The notes below the pieces were generated by a model. That model saw nothing but the letters and a program-made list of their open reading frames with translations. It was not told the origin of the DNA and did no database searches. Both the position numbers and the translations under genes were made by a program. From an uncultured delta proteobacterium (lineage in GTDB: Bacteria > Myxococcota_A > Polyangia > Polyangiales > B10-G4), in contig CAVSGI010000014.1 in NCBI GenBank assembly GCA_963727445.1, positions 256,001-320,000 on the forward strand: a DNA stretch of 64,000 bases, read 5' to 3'. The number at the start of each line of letters is the position of its first letter. The stretch's first letter is position 1. Of this stretch, positions 52,501-61,881 are shown one piece after another.

Positions 52501-53962
52501 CATCCGCTTCTCGGGCGAGGCGCCCGCGAGCGGCGTCGCGCGCGCCGAGGCGCGCTTCGTCGGCTTCGACCAGGACGACGCGCGTTTCCCCGTCTTCCGC
52601 GCCCAGCTCCTCGCCGGCGACCGCGTCTACGCGGACCTCCGCCTCGTCGAGATCCTCATGCCCAAAGGGCCCATCGGCGCGGCCGAGCCCACCGCGCGCC
52701 ACCGCTTCCTGACCGGCGAGCCCGCCCCCGGCGTCGGCCTGTCGCGGCGACAGGGCGAGGTCACCCGCCTCGATCCGAACGACGTCGCCCTGAGCGACTG
52801 GTTCCCAGGTACCGTCGAAGCGCTCTACGGCACCCGCGCCCCCCGCGACATCGCCATCGCCGACCACCTCGCCCGCGCGCTCGACGTCCACCCGCGCCAC
52901 ATCCGCGTGGAAGGCGATCACGGCGTCGACAGCCACCGGCCGCTCACCGCGCACCCGGTGACGGTGAGCGAAAGCGGCGAGATCGAAGTTCGGAGCGCTG
53001 GCGCGCCTTTCCTCGACATCACCCCCGTCTCCCGCTTCTGGCGCGACTACTTCGCGATCGGGAGCTGGCCCGTGGAAGAGCTCTACTACGCCCTCGTCGA
53101 GCGCTTCGTCGGCGCCTTCGTCGTCGAAGATCCCGACGCCCTCGGCGCGCTCCACGGCCGAAGCGTCCTCTACCTCGGCAACCACCAGACGGGCATCGAG
53201 TCGCTCATCTTCTCGATCGTCGCCTCGGCGCTCCAGGGCGTGCCCACCCTGACCCTCGCCAAGACCGAGCACATGACGAGCTGGCTCGGGCGGCTCATCC
53301 AGCACTGCTTCACCTGGCCCGGCGCGAAGGATCCGGGCGTCATCGCCTACTTCGACCGCAGCGATCCTCAGTCGCTGGTGCGCATCGCCTCTCAGCTCGC
53401 GGACACTGCCTCAGCGAAGAGCCTGATGGTGCACGTCGAGGGCACGCGCGCGCACTCCGCACGCCACCGTGTCGAGACGATGAGCGGCATCTTCTGCGAC
53501 CTCGCCATCAATGCCGGCGTCCCCATCGTGCCGGTCCGCTTCGCGGGCGGCCTCCCAGTCGCGCCGGCCAGCGAAAAGCTCGAGTATCCCGTCGGCATGG
53601 GCCGGCAGGACTATCACCTCGGCGCCCCCATCCTCCCGCAGGAGCTCGCCGAGCTTCCGCTCAAGCCGCGCATCGCGCGCGTGGTCGACGCGATCAACGC
53701 ACTCGGTCCGGACGCGTCCACCGAGACGCCGCTGGCGGGCGATCCGGAGCTGGCCCAGGCCGCTCTGAGCCGCGTCTCGCGCACTGGCCTCGGCCTGGGT
53801 CTCGCGACGATCGTGGAGCTCCTCAATTCGCGCAACTACCTCGGCCCGCACCTCACGCGCTTCCTCAACGCCGTCGACGGCGAGCGCCGCGCGACCTCCG
53901 GCTCCTCCCCGGAGGACCGCTGGGTCGACGGCCTTCTCGCGCTCTTCCGGCCCGAAAGCTGA
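46594..53962 (+). CDS. pfaC: PUFA synthase PfaBC/PfaC-like subunit (Pfa3): KS-short CLF-linker-FabA-type DH/pseudo-DH x4-PKS DH-PlsC-like acyltransferase; many frameshifts
   Basis: KS: DAACASS, ECHATG, GHLITAAG. CLF: SAEEQSG (no Cys). DH: FDGHFKNDPCMPG and FKAHFFQDPVQPG. PKS DH: DHRPTHTAPALP. Acyltransferase: NHQTGIE and HVEGTR. Confidence 0.85.
49011..49487 (+). repeat. 96-nt element copies 7 (3' half, 49011-49049) and 8 (49392-49487) in the pfa3 linker
   Basis: Copy 7: cctgagccg-N24-gtggcg. Copy 8: gccgaatcacccagtgggatcgttcag-N21-caaagggggcctgaaccg-N24-gtggcg. Confidence 0.85.
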
Positions 53963-53971
53963 ACCGGCGCG

Positions 53972-54550
53972 TCAGCCGTTCGGCCGAAGCCTCCGCATCC
54001 ACGACTCGCCGGGGCGCTCGTCGCGCGCCTCGCCGATCCGCACCTTCGAGAGCGTCATCGACGTCGGCTCGCTCGGGCTGAGCTCGAGCTCCGAGAGCTC
54101 GGCAGAAAGGGTGACCACGCAACGCCCGTGCGACGCGCAGCGCCCCTGGAGCTCGCGGTACTCCCGGGCGCCGAGCGCGAGGCGCGGCATCCACCCCTGG
54201 ACAAGGCGCTCGCCCAGGCGCGCGTGGTCGAAAGGAAGCACCGCGCAGCGATCCGGCGCGGTGCAGAAAGGAGCGACGTAGCGAACCTCCCAGGAGATCT
54301 CGCGACCGACGTAGCGCTCGCGGGTGGCGACGAGGGCCAGGTCGTCGCCGGACTCGGCGAAGCTCTCGCGGGCATCGACGATGGCGTGCGCGAGCTCGAC
54401 GGGATCGATCGGGGGCGCCGTTTCGACTTCCTCGCGCTCGATCACGCGCGACAGCTCCGGCACACCCTGCCCCGCCGCGAGCCAGGCCGCCGACGAGAAA
54501 GATGCAGCGAAGACCGCCGTCAGGTAGAGCGCCATGCGCGGGCGGGTCAT
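53972..54550 (-). CDS. Hypothetical exported protein (last gene of the DUF4331 operon)
   Basis: N-terminal hydrophobic segment, two Cys pairs, ATGA overlap with the TPR gene. Confidence 0.6.
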   Translation of the reverse strand: MTRPRMALYLTAVFAASFSSAAWLAAGQGVPELSRVIEREEVETAPPIDPVELAHAIVDARESFAESGDDLALVATRERYVGREISWEVRYVAPFCTAPDRCAVLPFDHARLGERLVQGWMPRLALGAREYRELQGRCASHGRCVVTLSAELSELELSPSEPTSMTLSKVRIGEARDERPGESWMRRLRPNG

Positions 54551-55917
54551 GCGCCCCTCCCTTCGCCGCTGGCGGCGAGACCCGCGCGGCGCTCCACCTC
54601 CGAGACGACGAGCGGATCGACGCGCGGGTTGATGGCTCGGGCCGCGCCGAGCGCCTCGGCGGCACCCGCACGGTCGCCGCGCACCGCGAGCACCAGCGCG
54701 CGGTGAAGGTGAAGGCGCGCGTCGGGCGTACCGAGAGCGAGCGCGCGATCGATCGCCGCGAGGGCTTCGTCGGTGCGCCCGACACGAAGGAGCGCGAGGG
54801 CGTGGGCGTCGCGCGCCGCGATGTTCTGGCGCGCCTGCATCGCGCGCTCGGCGAGGCGCAACGCCTCGGCGGGCTCTGCGTCGTGGCGCGCGAGATAGAC
54901 CGCCATCGGGCGGGGCTCGGCGAGTCGGCGCGCCTGGGCGAGGTGGCGGTCGGCGGCAGCGGCATCGCCCTCGCTCCGCTCTATCTCGCTCAGCGCGAGC
55001 AGGTCCTCGGCCCCCGGCCGACGCGCAACGGACGCCGTCAGCGCCTCGATGGCCGCCGCAGCGTCGCCCGCCATCGCGTGGGTCTTGCCGGCGAGCGAGA
55101 CGGCCGGGAGGTAGTCGGGCACCAGCTCCCTCGCGCGGTCGGCGGCGGCGAGGGCACGACGGGTGTCGCCCTCGCGAAGATAGATGTGGCCGAGGTCGAC
55201 GAAGCAGAAGGCCATCGACTCGGGGTCGCGGGCGCTGCCGGCGTCGATGGCCAGCTCGAGGAGCTCGATGGCGCCCTCGCGGTCACCGTGGAGCCATCGA
55301 AGATGGGCGCCGCGATCGTAACTCCGGAGGTCGGGGCGGATGTCGAGGGCGGCCTGATAGGCGTCGACCGCGCCGTCGTAGTCGCCGAGCTCGAGGAGCG
55401 CGTCGCCCAGCACCATGTGCGCGGTGGGCAGCTCGGGCGCCCTCCTGAGCACGCGGCGCGCGACGTCGCGCGCCTCGGCGAAGCGATGCTGGTCCTGCAG
55501 CATCATGCCGTGCAGGAGCTCGGCGCGCGGGTCGTCGCCGAGCGCGCGGGCGACGCGGAGGGCATCCTGTGCGTAGAGCGCGTAGCCGGCGTCGCTGGTC
55601 TCGCGACGGCGGCGAAGAAAGAGGGTGGCGAGGCCGATGTGCGCCTCGGCGCTCTCGGGCGCGGCGCGGACGGCGTCCTGCGCGGCGGCGATGAGCGCGT
55701 CGGTGGGCGTCGCCTCGCCTTCGGGCACGTAGCCGAGGGCGAGCTCGGCCGGGGCCGGGGGCGCCGGGGTCCGCGTCGCGGCGGCGGCGTGAGCCGACTC
55801 GTGAACGGAGGCCTCGCTCGCGTCCTCGCACGCCCCCAAAGAGAGGGCGGCGAGGAGCGCGGCGAGGGACGGCCAGAGGAGGCGGTGGAGGATTGGATTG
55901 GGGTGTCCCGTGACCAT
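54547..55917 (-). CDS. Tetratricopeptide-repeat lipoprotein
   Basis: Lipobox LGAC; TPR motifs such as LGDALLELGDYDGAVDAYQAALDIRPD; start uncertain (55917-55995). Confidence 0.8.
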   Translation of the reverse strand: MVTGHPNPILHRLLWPSLAALLAALSLGACEDASEASVHESAHAAAATRTPAPPAPAELALGYVPEGEATPTDALIAAAQDAVRAAPESAEAHIGLATLFLRRRRETSDAGYALYAQDALRVARALGDDPRAELLHGMMLQDQHRFAEARDVARRVLRRAPELPTAHMVLGDALLELGDYDGAVDAYQAALDIRPDLRSYDRGAHLRWLHGDREGAIELLELAIDAGSARDPESMAFCFVDLGHIYLREGDTRRALAAADRARELVPDYLPAVSLAGKTHAMAGDAAAAIEALTASVARRPGAEDLLALSEIERSEGDAAAADRHLAQARRLAEPRPMAVYLARHDAEPAEALRLAERAMQARQNIAARDAHALALLRVGRTDEALAAIDRALALGTPDARLHLHRALVLAVRGDRAGAAEALGAARAINPRVDPLVVSEVERRAGLAASGEGRGA

Positions 55918-55997
55918 CGTGGGCAGTACGCAGCGCGCGCCCTCTTGGATTGACGAAATCATCACCAGCTCCTCGTTCTCCATCGCCTCGGCCAACC

Positions 55998-57275
55998 TCA
56001 GGGGTTCCCGGAGTGCGGGGATGCGAGGTACGGGAAGGTGTTGGTGAAGGGCAGGTCGTTTCCGTCCACGCCGTCACCGAGGGGCGAGCCGCTGTTGCAG
56101 GCGACGGTCAGGAGCGTGTCGGTGACGTCGTCCTCGAGCCAGCGACCGTTGGGGAAGCCCGACTCTGCGAAGGTCTGCCCCTCGCGGATGTCGATGCGCA
56201 ACAGGTCCGCGGGCGTCGTCCCCATCGGCGAGAGCAGCCCGACGATGTCGAGGCGGCCGTCCGCGGGCGTCTCCGGACAGCCCGCGCCGAGGACCAGGTT
56301 CAGAAGACCGGGCACCTCGGGGTCGAGGATGTAGCTACCGAAGTTCGCCACGTCGTCAGCGGGCGCGGAGCGGTTGTAGTGATCCTTGTCCTGAAGGGGA
56401 ATGATCACCTCGTTGACGAGCGGCCAGCCGAGGCGGGAGACCTGCTTGTAGGAGCCGAAGCCGCGACGGTGGTGACGGCGGCCGAGGATGGACACCTGAC
56501 GGCGAAGCGCGCGGGCGTAGATGCCGACCACGCTGTCGGGGCCGGTCGCGCCCGCCATGGGGCGGGTGCCGCCGGCGGCGAGGTCGGCGATTGGCACCTC
56601 GAGCGCCAGGGACATCACGTTGACGCCATCGGTGGTGGGCGCGCCGCCGACTCCGAGGAGATCGAAGACGTGAAGGTCGACGAAGAAGGGCTCGTCACGA
56701 GGACCGGCGAAGACCCGGCCGCCGCCCGAGGTCTCGTGGATCGCCTGGCGGGCGACACCCTCGTAGCTGTCGCTGGGGAAGCTGCGGCTGCCCACGTTCC
56801 ACGGCGCTACCGGCACGTCGCTCGCGATGATGCTGCGCGAGTCGTCCGTCATGTCGATGCGGATGACGTCGTAGACCTGCTTCACGTTGAGGTTCGCGTC
56901 GTCGATCGAGGCGATGGGGCCGACGTTGTAGAGGAAGGTCCCGCCGTTCTCGATCCGGGTGCGGAACCGGAAGCGGTAGCAGACGTCGGAGACCGCGTCT
57001 CCGTCGTTGTCCGCGCAGATCTCGTAGCGAACGCTGTCGGAGAACCGATAGAAGTTCGGGCCGGAGGCAGGGAGGAGGAGGGGAACGTAGTTCGCGACCA
57101 TCACCAGGTTGTCCGGGTTCTCCGGGCTGATGAATGCGTAGAGGTCCGTGTTGTCCGCGAACTGATCCTCGGCGATGGCCGGCGCCTCACGATGGCTGCT
57201 GGCCGAGGCCGAGGTCGTCACGCTGAGCGCCGCGAAGGCGACGATGATCGAAAGCTGAATCCGCTGATTACCCAT
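55998..57275 (-). CDS. DUF4331 domain secreted protein
   Basis: Signal peptide followed by SSHREAP, DNTDLYAF, GPNFYRF, FAGPRDEPFFVDL, QVSRLGWPLVNE, GFPNGR..DDV.D, FPYL. Confidence 0.88.
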   Translation of the reverse strand: MGNQRIQLSIIVAFAALSVTTSASASSHREAPAIAEDQFADNTDLYAFISPENPDNLVMVANYVPLLLPASGPNFYRFSDSVRYEICADNDGDAVSDVCYRFRFRTRIENGGTFLYNVGPIASIDDANLNVKQVYDVIRIDMTDDSRSIIASDVPVAPWNVGSRSFPSDSYEGVARQAIHETSGGGRVFAGPRDEPFFVDLHVFDLLGVGGAPTTDGVNVMSLALEVPIADLAAGGTRPMAGATGPDSVVGIYARALRRQVSILGRRHHRRGFGSYKQVSRLGWPLVNEVIIPLQDKDHYNRSAPADDVANFGSYILDPEVPGLLNLVLGAGCPETPADGRLDIVGLLSPMGTTPADLLRIDIREGQTFAESGFPNGRWLEDDVTDTLLTVACNSGSPLGDGVDGNDLPFTNTFPYLASPHSGNP

Positions 57276-57289
57276 GTTCATTTCCTCTT

Positions 57290-58234
57290 TCACTCGGCGC
57301 GGTAGATCGCGCCGCCTTCCGAATCGACGAGAGCGAAGACGCCAGCCTCACGCGCCGTGCGAATGCCGGCGGGCTCGACCAGGTCGGGGGTCTCGACGAC
57401 GATCGTTTCGCCGGTCGAGATGCGAACGGTGACGAGCTGGGCGTTGCCCGCTTCGTCCACCGTGGGGATGACGGCGGTGTCGCCGCCCGCGGCCAGAGAG
57501 ACGCCGGCCGGTGCGGCCAGACGCAGGCCGGTGACCACCTCGCTGATCTCGCCCGCGGGAGTGATGGCGTAGAGCGCGCCCTGTCCTTCACCGCCGCCCG
57601 CCAGGTGCTCCATGACCCAGGCGACGCTGTCGGCGTCGACGTGCACGCCGGTGGGAGAAGCGAGCGGTGATCCGGCGTAGAGCTCGGTGGCCGCGCCGCC
57701 TTCGGCGGGCACGGTGAAGACGGCCGCTTCGCCATCTTCGTTCCAGCCAGTGACGTAGAGGGTCTCGCAATCCACGGACAGGGCCAGCCCGCTCGGACGC
57801 AGGATGCCGTCGGCCATGAAGGCCATGGGCTCGCCGCCGCCGACCGAGAGGGTGTAGAGCGCTCCCCCGTCGTCCGAGCCAGGCAGGCCCTGGTCGGCGA
57901 CCCACACGTGGTCTCCGTCACAGGACATCACCAGACCGGTCGGGTAAGAGAGCGGCGCCCCCGCGTGAAGCGCGGTCACCGCGCCGCCAGCCGAGGGCAC
58001 GCTGAACACCGCGGGCGCACGATCGTCGTCCGACGTGAAGGCGGTGAAGACGAAGGTCTCACCGTCCGGTGTGGCCACCGCGTCGCCGGGTTGCTCGAAG
58101 CCCTCCGAAGCGACCATGGTGACGTGCTCGGGAGCGGTGTCCGGCAGGCTCGTCCCGCCAGGCCCGTCCTCGCTGCACGCCGTCGCCACGATCGGGATGA
58201 CGAGCGCCGTCAGTAGGATTGGATTTGGTTTCAT
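57290..58234 (-). CDS. Beta-propeller lipoprotein (NHL/SMP-30-like)
   Basis: Lipobox ATAC; about six repeats of LxxPxG(L/V/I)x(L/V). Confidence 0.72.
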   Translation of the reverse strand: MKPNPILLTALVIPIVATACSEDGPGGTSLPDTAPEHVTMVASEGFEQPGDAVATPDGETFVFTAFTSDDDRAPAVFSVPSAGGAVTALHAGAPLSYPTGLVMSCDGDHVWVADQGLPGSDDGGALYTLSVGGGEPMAFMADGILRPSGLALSVDCETLYVTGWNEDGEAAVFTVPAEGGAATELYAGSPLASPTGVHVDADSVAWVMEHLAGGGEGQGALYAITPAGEISEVVTGLRLAAPAGVSLAAGGDTAVIPTVDEAGNAQLVTVRISTGETIVVETPDLVEPAGIRTAREAGVFALVDSEGGAIYRAE

Positions 58235-58255
58235 CTGCCGTCTTCCTCCAGTCGG

Positions 58256-59392
58256 TCAAACGCCGAGCACTGCACGCTCGACGAGCCACACGGCCCCCAT
58301 GGCCGCGATGGCGAACGAGCCGCCGCGCAAGACGACGGGCTCGTAGAGTTTTTTCGACGCGAGCCACGCGAGAGGCGCGAGGAGCACGACGACGAAGGAG
58401 AGCTGCGCGAGCTCGATCCCCACGTTGAAAGAGAAGAGCGCCAGCGCGCGCTGGCTTGCCGGCAGGCCCACTTCGGCGAGCACCGAGGCAAAGCCGAAGC
58501 CGTGGACCAGCCCGAAGACGCCGCTGAGCGCCGGCCGTGCCCCGGAGCGCTCGGGGCGGAGCACGTTGTCGAGGGCGACGACGACGATGGTCGCGGCGAT
58601 GGCCGACTCGACCCAGCGCGGCGGAAGGGTCACCACCCCGAAGGTGGCGAGGGCCAGGGAGACACTGTGGCCGAGGGTGAAGGCGGTGACGACCCAGGCC
58701 ACCTCTCGGCCGGCCACGCGGAGGCCACGCTTCTTCGACACCACACCCCCCGCGAGGAGGAGGGTCAACAGAAAGAGCAGGTGGTCGTAGCCCGTGACCA
58801 GGTGGATGGCGCCCTCGACCACCATCTCGATCGCGGTGGCCGCGGCCGAGGGCGCGGCCACGAGCTCCACGCTGCGCCGCTCCGAGGACAGGACGTGGAC
58901 GGCGTGCGAGTCGCCGTCCATCACCTCGACGACCGTGGCGTGGTCGGGATCGGTGTCGAAGACGGTCTGATCCGAAAGGACGTAGGGGCTGCCCGCTTCG
59001 CAGATGTAGGCGACGCGCACCACCACCGTGTCGATCCCGTCCCGCGACGAGGCGTGAGGCGCGCCGGGTGCCGCGGTGCAGGGCTCGCCGGCGCCGGTGA
59101 CGTTCACGCCGGCGCTGAGCCAGCGCGCGATCAGCGCGGACCGCGCCATGAGGGTGCCCGGATCGGCCTCGAGCCCCAGACCGACGGCGAGGGACGCATC
59201 GACCGCCTCCACCTCGAAGGTGGCCAGGACGCCGTCGCTGAGGAGCTCGGCGCGGACGTTCTTCTTGCTACCGAGGTGGGCGTGCGCGGTCTGCGTGAGC
59301 GCTGCGATGCCGGTGGCCGACAAGATCAGCGTCAGTGCGCAAAGATGTCCGACCGCGCGCAGCTCGCTGCGCGCCCACGTCACTTCCTTCAT
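58256..59392 (-). CDS. HupE/UreJ family membrane protein with an N-terminal periplasmic domain
   Basis: AHAH after the signal; HLVTGYDHLLF, TAFTLGHSVSL, VESAIAA, FGLVHGFGFA, FNVGIELAQ. Confidence 0.88.
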   Translation of the reverse strand: MKEVTWARSELRAVGHLCALTLILSATGIAALTQTAHAHLGSKKNVRAELLSDGVLATFEVEAVDASLAVGLGLEADPGTLMARSALIARWLSAGVNVTGAGEPCTAAPGAPHASSRDGIDTVVVRVAYICEAGSPYVLSDQTVFDTDPDHATVVEVMDGDSHAVHVLSSERRSVELVAAPSAAATAIEMVVEGAIHLVTGYDHLLFLLTLLLAGGVVSKKRGLRVAGREVAWVVTAFTLGHSVSLALATFGVVTLPPRWVESAIAATIVVVALDNVLRPERSGARPALSGVFGLVHGFGFASVLAEVGLPASQRALALFSFNVGIELAQLSFVVVLLAPLAWLASKKLYEPVVLRGGSFAIAAMGAVWLVERAVLGV

Positions 59393-59437
59393 CCGAATCT
59401 CCCTGCCGCCCGGGGGTCGGGCGTCCTGAACCGTCTT

Positions 59438-59467
59438 GTCTACGAGGCAGGGGTGGGAGCGGATCGG
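59438..59467 (-). promoter_or_regulatory. Putative ECF sigma promoter for the HupE-DUF4331 operon
   Basis: The minus strand reads CCGATCC-N16-CGTAGAC, 45 nt upstream of the hupE-like ATG. Confidence 0.7.
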
Positions 59468-59486
59468 TGCAAAACCCACATCGACT

Positions 59487-59516
59487 CCGATCCACTCACC
59501 CGCCCGGTCCGTAGAC
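59487..59516 (+). promoter_or_regulatory. Putative ECF sigma promoter for the beta-barrel gene (leaderless)
   Basis: The plus strand reads CCGATCC-N16-CGTAGAC and ends 5 nt before ATG 59522. Confidence 0.7.
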
Positions 59517-59521
59517 CTCAC

Positions 59522-59980
59522 ATGAGCGGGTGGATCGAGACGTTGGTGGTTCTCTTCAGCTTCTCTGGCTCACTCGGCCTCAACGGCTTCGCGCCGCCGG
59601 ACCGGGAGCTTGGCCTGGGCCTCGCGTCGATGACCAGCACCGCCCAGCTCGGGAGCCTCTCGCTGCAGCTGAGCGCGGAGGCGGAGTGGGACCTTCACGA
59701 CGCGACGCTGATGCCGCTCGACGTCGCGCTGGTTCAAAACGTCGCCCCGCTCTCCTGGCTGTCGCTCTACGGCGCGGTCGCGACGAACGTCACCGTCGAG
59801 CGCTCCGGGGTGCAGACGCAACAGACCTCGGTCGGCTTCGCCGCGGCGCTCCGCGCGGGCGCGAACGCGCAGCTCACGGACCGGCTCTCGGTCGGCCTCT
59901 CCCTCGAGTACGCCGTACCGATCCAGCCGAGCCCCACTCCCGAGATGATCGTGGAGCTCGGCCCGTCCTTCTCCTTCTGA
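59522..59980 (+). CDS. Small outer-membrane beta-barrel-like protein
   Basis: Alternating amphipathic strands (LRAGANAQLTDRLSVGLSLEY) and a C-terminal GPSFSF ending in Phe. Confidence 0.55.
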   Translation: MSGWIETLVVLFSFSGSLGLNGFAPPDRELGLGLASMTSTAQLGSLSLQLSAEAEWDLHDATLMPLDVALVQNVAPLSWLSLYGAVATNVTVERSGVQTQQTSVGFAAALRAGANAQLTDRLSVGLSLEYAVPIQPSPTPEMIVELGPSFSF

Positions 59981-59988
59981 GAACGCGC

Positions 59989-61749
59989 TCAGTCGAAGAG
60001 GCGCACCAGACGCCCCGGCCGCGCCCCGGTCATCGCACCGTTTTGGGCGATCACCTCGCCGCTCACGATGGTCGCCAGGTATCCATCGGCGGCCTGCAGC
60101 AGGCGCTTGCCTCCGGCGGGCAGATCCTGATGCATGCGTGGCGCGTGGAGACGCAGCCGATCCATGTCGATGATGTTGAGGTCGCCCTTCTGGCCCACCG
60201 CGATCTCGCCGCGGTCGGTGAAGCCGGCGTAGCGCGCGGTCTCTCGCGCCTGCATGCGCACCAGGTGCTCGAGCGGGATCCGGTCGTGGTCGCGGTCGCG
60301 CCCCCAGTGGGTCAACAGGAAGGTCGGGAAGCTGGCGTCGCAGATGGTCCCGACGTGCGCACCACCATCGCTGAGCCCCGGCATGGCGAGGGGATGGGTG
60401 AGCATGGTGTGCAGGTTGTCGAGGTTGTTCTCGATGTAGTTGAAGAGCGGGAAGTAGAGCAGGGCCTTGCCCTCCTCTTCGAGGAGCGCGTCGTAGATCG
60501 TCTCGAGGGCGCTCCGGCCGGTACGCATGGCCTCGGCGGCGAGGCACTTGCCGGGCGTCGGCTCGTAATCGGGCTCTTCGCCCAATCGGAAGAGGCGCAT
60601 CGCAACCATGTCGATGTTGGCCAGGAGCTCGTCGGCCATCGGGGGCACCGCGCTCCCATCGCCCGCGATGGGCTCGCTCTCCTCCTTCAGCATCCGCGCC
60701 TTGAGCTCGGGGTTCTTCATCGCGGCCACGCGCTCGGCGAGCGGCAGGTGGGAGATGGCCTTGTAGGAGGGGAAGCCGATGAAGGGATGGAAGGTCGCGT
60801 CGAGGCCGAGCATCACCCCGACGGCGCGCGCGGCCACCTGCAGGCGCATGGGGATGCCGCGCGCGTTCGCCTGCTCGGCCCGCTCGATGATCTTCCGCCA
60901 CTGGCGGGGCGAGGCGTCGCGCTGCATCAGGGACACCGAGAAGTTGTGGCCACCGGACGCCGCCGCCATCGCCTCGAGCAGTGACCACTCGCGCTCGAAC
61001 TCCTCGTCGCTCACCGCCATGTCGAAATCGCTCACCGCCGACAGCACCCCATGACCGAGGCCGCGGAAGGCCTCGCCGAAGCCCATCAGCTCCTTCTCCA
61101 TCGCCTCCGATGCGGGCGTCGGGCTTCCGTCCGCCAGGCGGTGGTTGTCCGAACGACCGGTGGAGAAGCCGATCGCGCCCGCCTCGAGCGCTTCGCGCAG
61201 GAGGCGCTTCATCTCCGCGATGTCCTCATCGGTCGCGGGCGCGCCGGCGACAGCGCGCTCGCCCATCACATACATGCGCAGCGGGTCGTGGGGCACCTGC
61301 GCCGCGAAGTCGATGCTGTGCGGGATCTTGGCGATCGCCTCCATGTACTCCGGGAAGGACTCCCAATCCCAGGTGAGCCCTTCGGCCAACGCCGAGCCGG
61401 GGATGTCCTCGACGCCCTCCATGAGCGAGATCAGCGCGTCGTGATCGGTGAGCTTCACGGGAGCAAAGCCGACGCCGCAGGATCCCATCACCGCCGTGGT
61501 GACGCCGTGGTTGGAGGACGGCGCCATCTCCTCGTCCCAGGAGATCTGACCGTCGTAGTGGGTGTGGATGTCGGTGAAGCCGGGGGTGACGAGGGCGCCC
61601 GCGGCGTCGATGGTGCGGTGCGCGGCGCCCGGCGCCTTGCCGACCGCCACGATGCGCCCGTCCTTGACGGCCACGTCGCCGCTGAAGCGCGGCGCGCCGG
61701 TGCCATCGATCAACGTTCCACCTTCGATCTTCAGGTCGTACTCGGCCAT
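59989..61749 (-). CDS. N-acyl-D-amino-acid deacylase family amidohydrolase
   Basis: [47 protein letters not shown]. The true start is MAEYDLK at 61749. Confidence 0.88.
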   Translation of the reverse strand: MAEYDLKIEGGTLIDGTGAPRFSGDVAVKDGRIVAVGKAPGAAHRTIDAAGALVTPGFTDIHTHYDGQISWDEEMAPSSNHGVTTAVMGSCGVGFAPVKLTDHDALISLMEGVEDIPGSALAEGLTWDWESFPEYMEAIAKIPHSIDFAAQVPHDPLRMYVMGERAVAGAPATDEDIAEMKRLLREALEAGAIGFSTGRSDNHRLADGSPTPASEAMEKELMGFGEAFRGLGHGVLSAVSDFDMAVSDEEFEREWSLLEAMAAASGGHNFSVSLMQRDASPRQWRKIIERAEQANARGIPMRLQVAARAVGVMLGLDATFHPFIGFPSYKAISHLPLAERVAAMKNPELKARMLKEESEPIAGDGSAVPPMADELLANIDMVAMRLFRLGEEPDYEPTPGKCLAAEAMRTGRSALETIYDALLEEEGKALLYFPLFNYIENNLDNLHTMLTHPLAMPGLSDGGAHVGTICDASFPTFLLTHWGRDRDHDRIPLEHLVRMQARETARYAGFTDRGEIAVGQKGDLNIIDMDRLRLHAPRMHQDLPAGGKRLLQAADGYLATIVSGEVIAQNGAMTGARPGRLVRLFD

Positions 61750-61815
61750 TTCGACTTCTCCCCTGAGTTGTCCTTTTGGGCGCTTGCCCGCCCATCGAGG
61801 GACCTGTATACTGCT

Positions 61816-61846
61816 TTTAACCGCTCGGTCAAACCGATCGGTTAAA
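61816..61846. promoter_or_regulatory. Putative TetR operator (two overlapping palindromes)
   Basis: TAACCGCTCGGTCA followed by AACCGATCGGTT, between the divergent deacylase and tetR genes. Confidence 0.65.
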
Positions 61847-61881
61847 CAATTCCCGATCCGGCGGAGATCATGAGGAAAATA

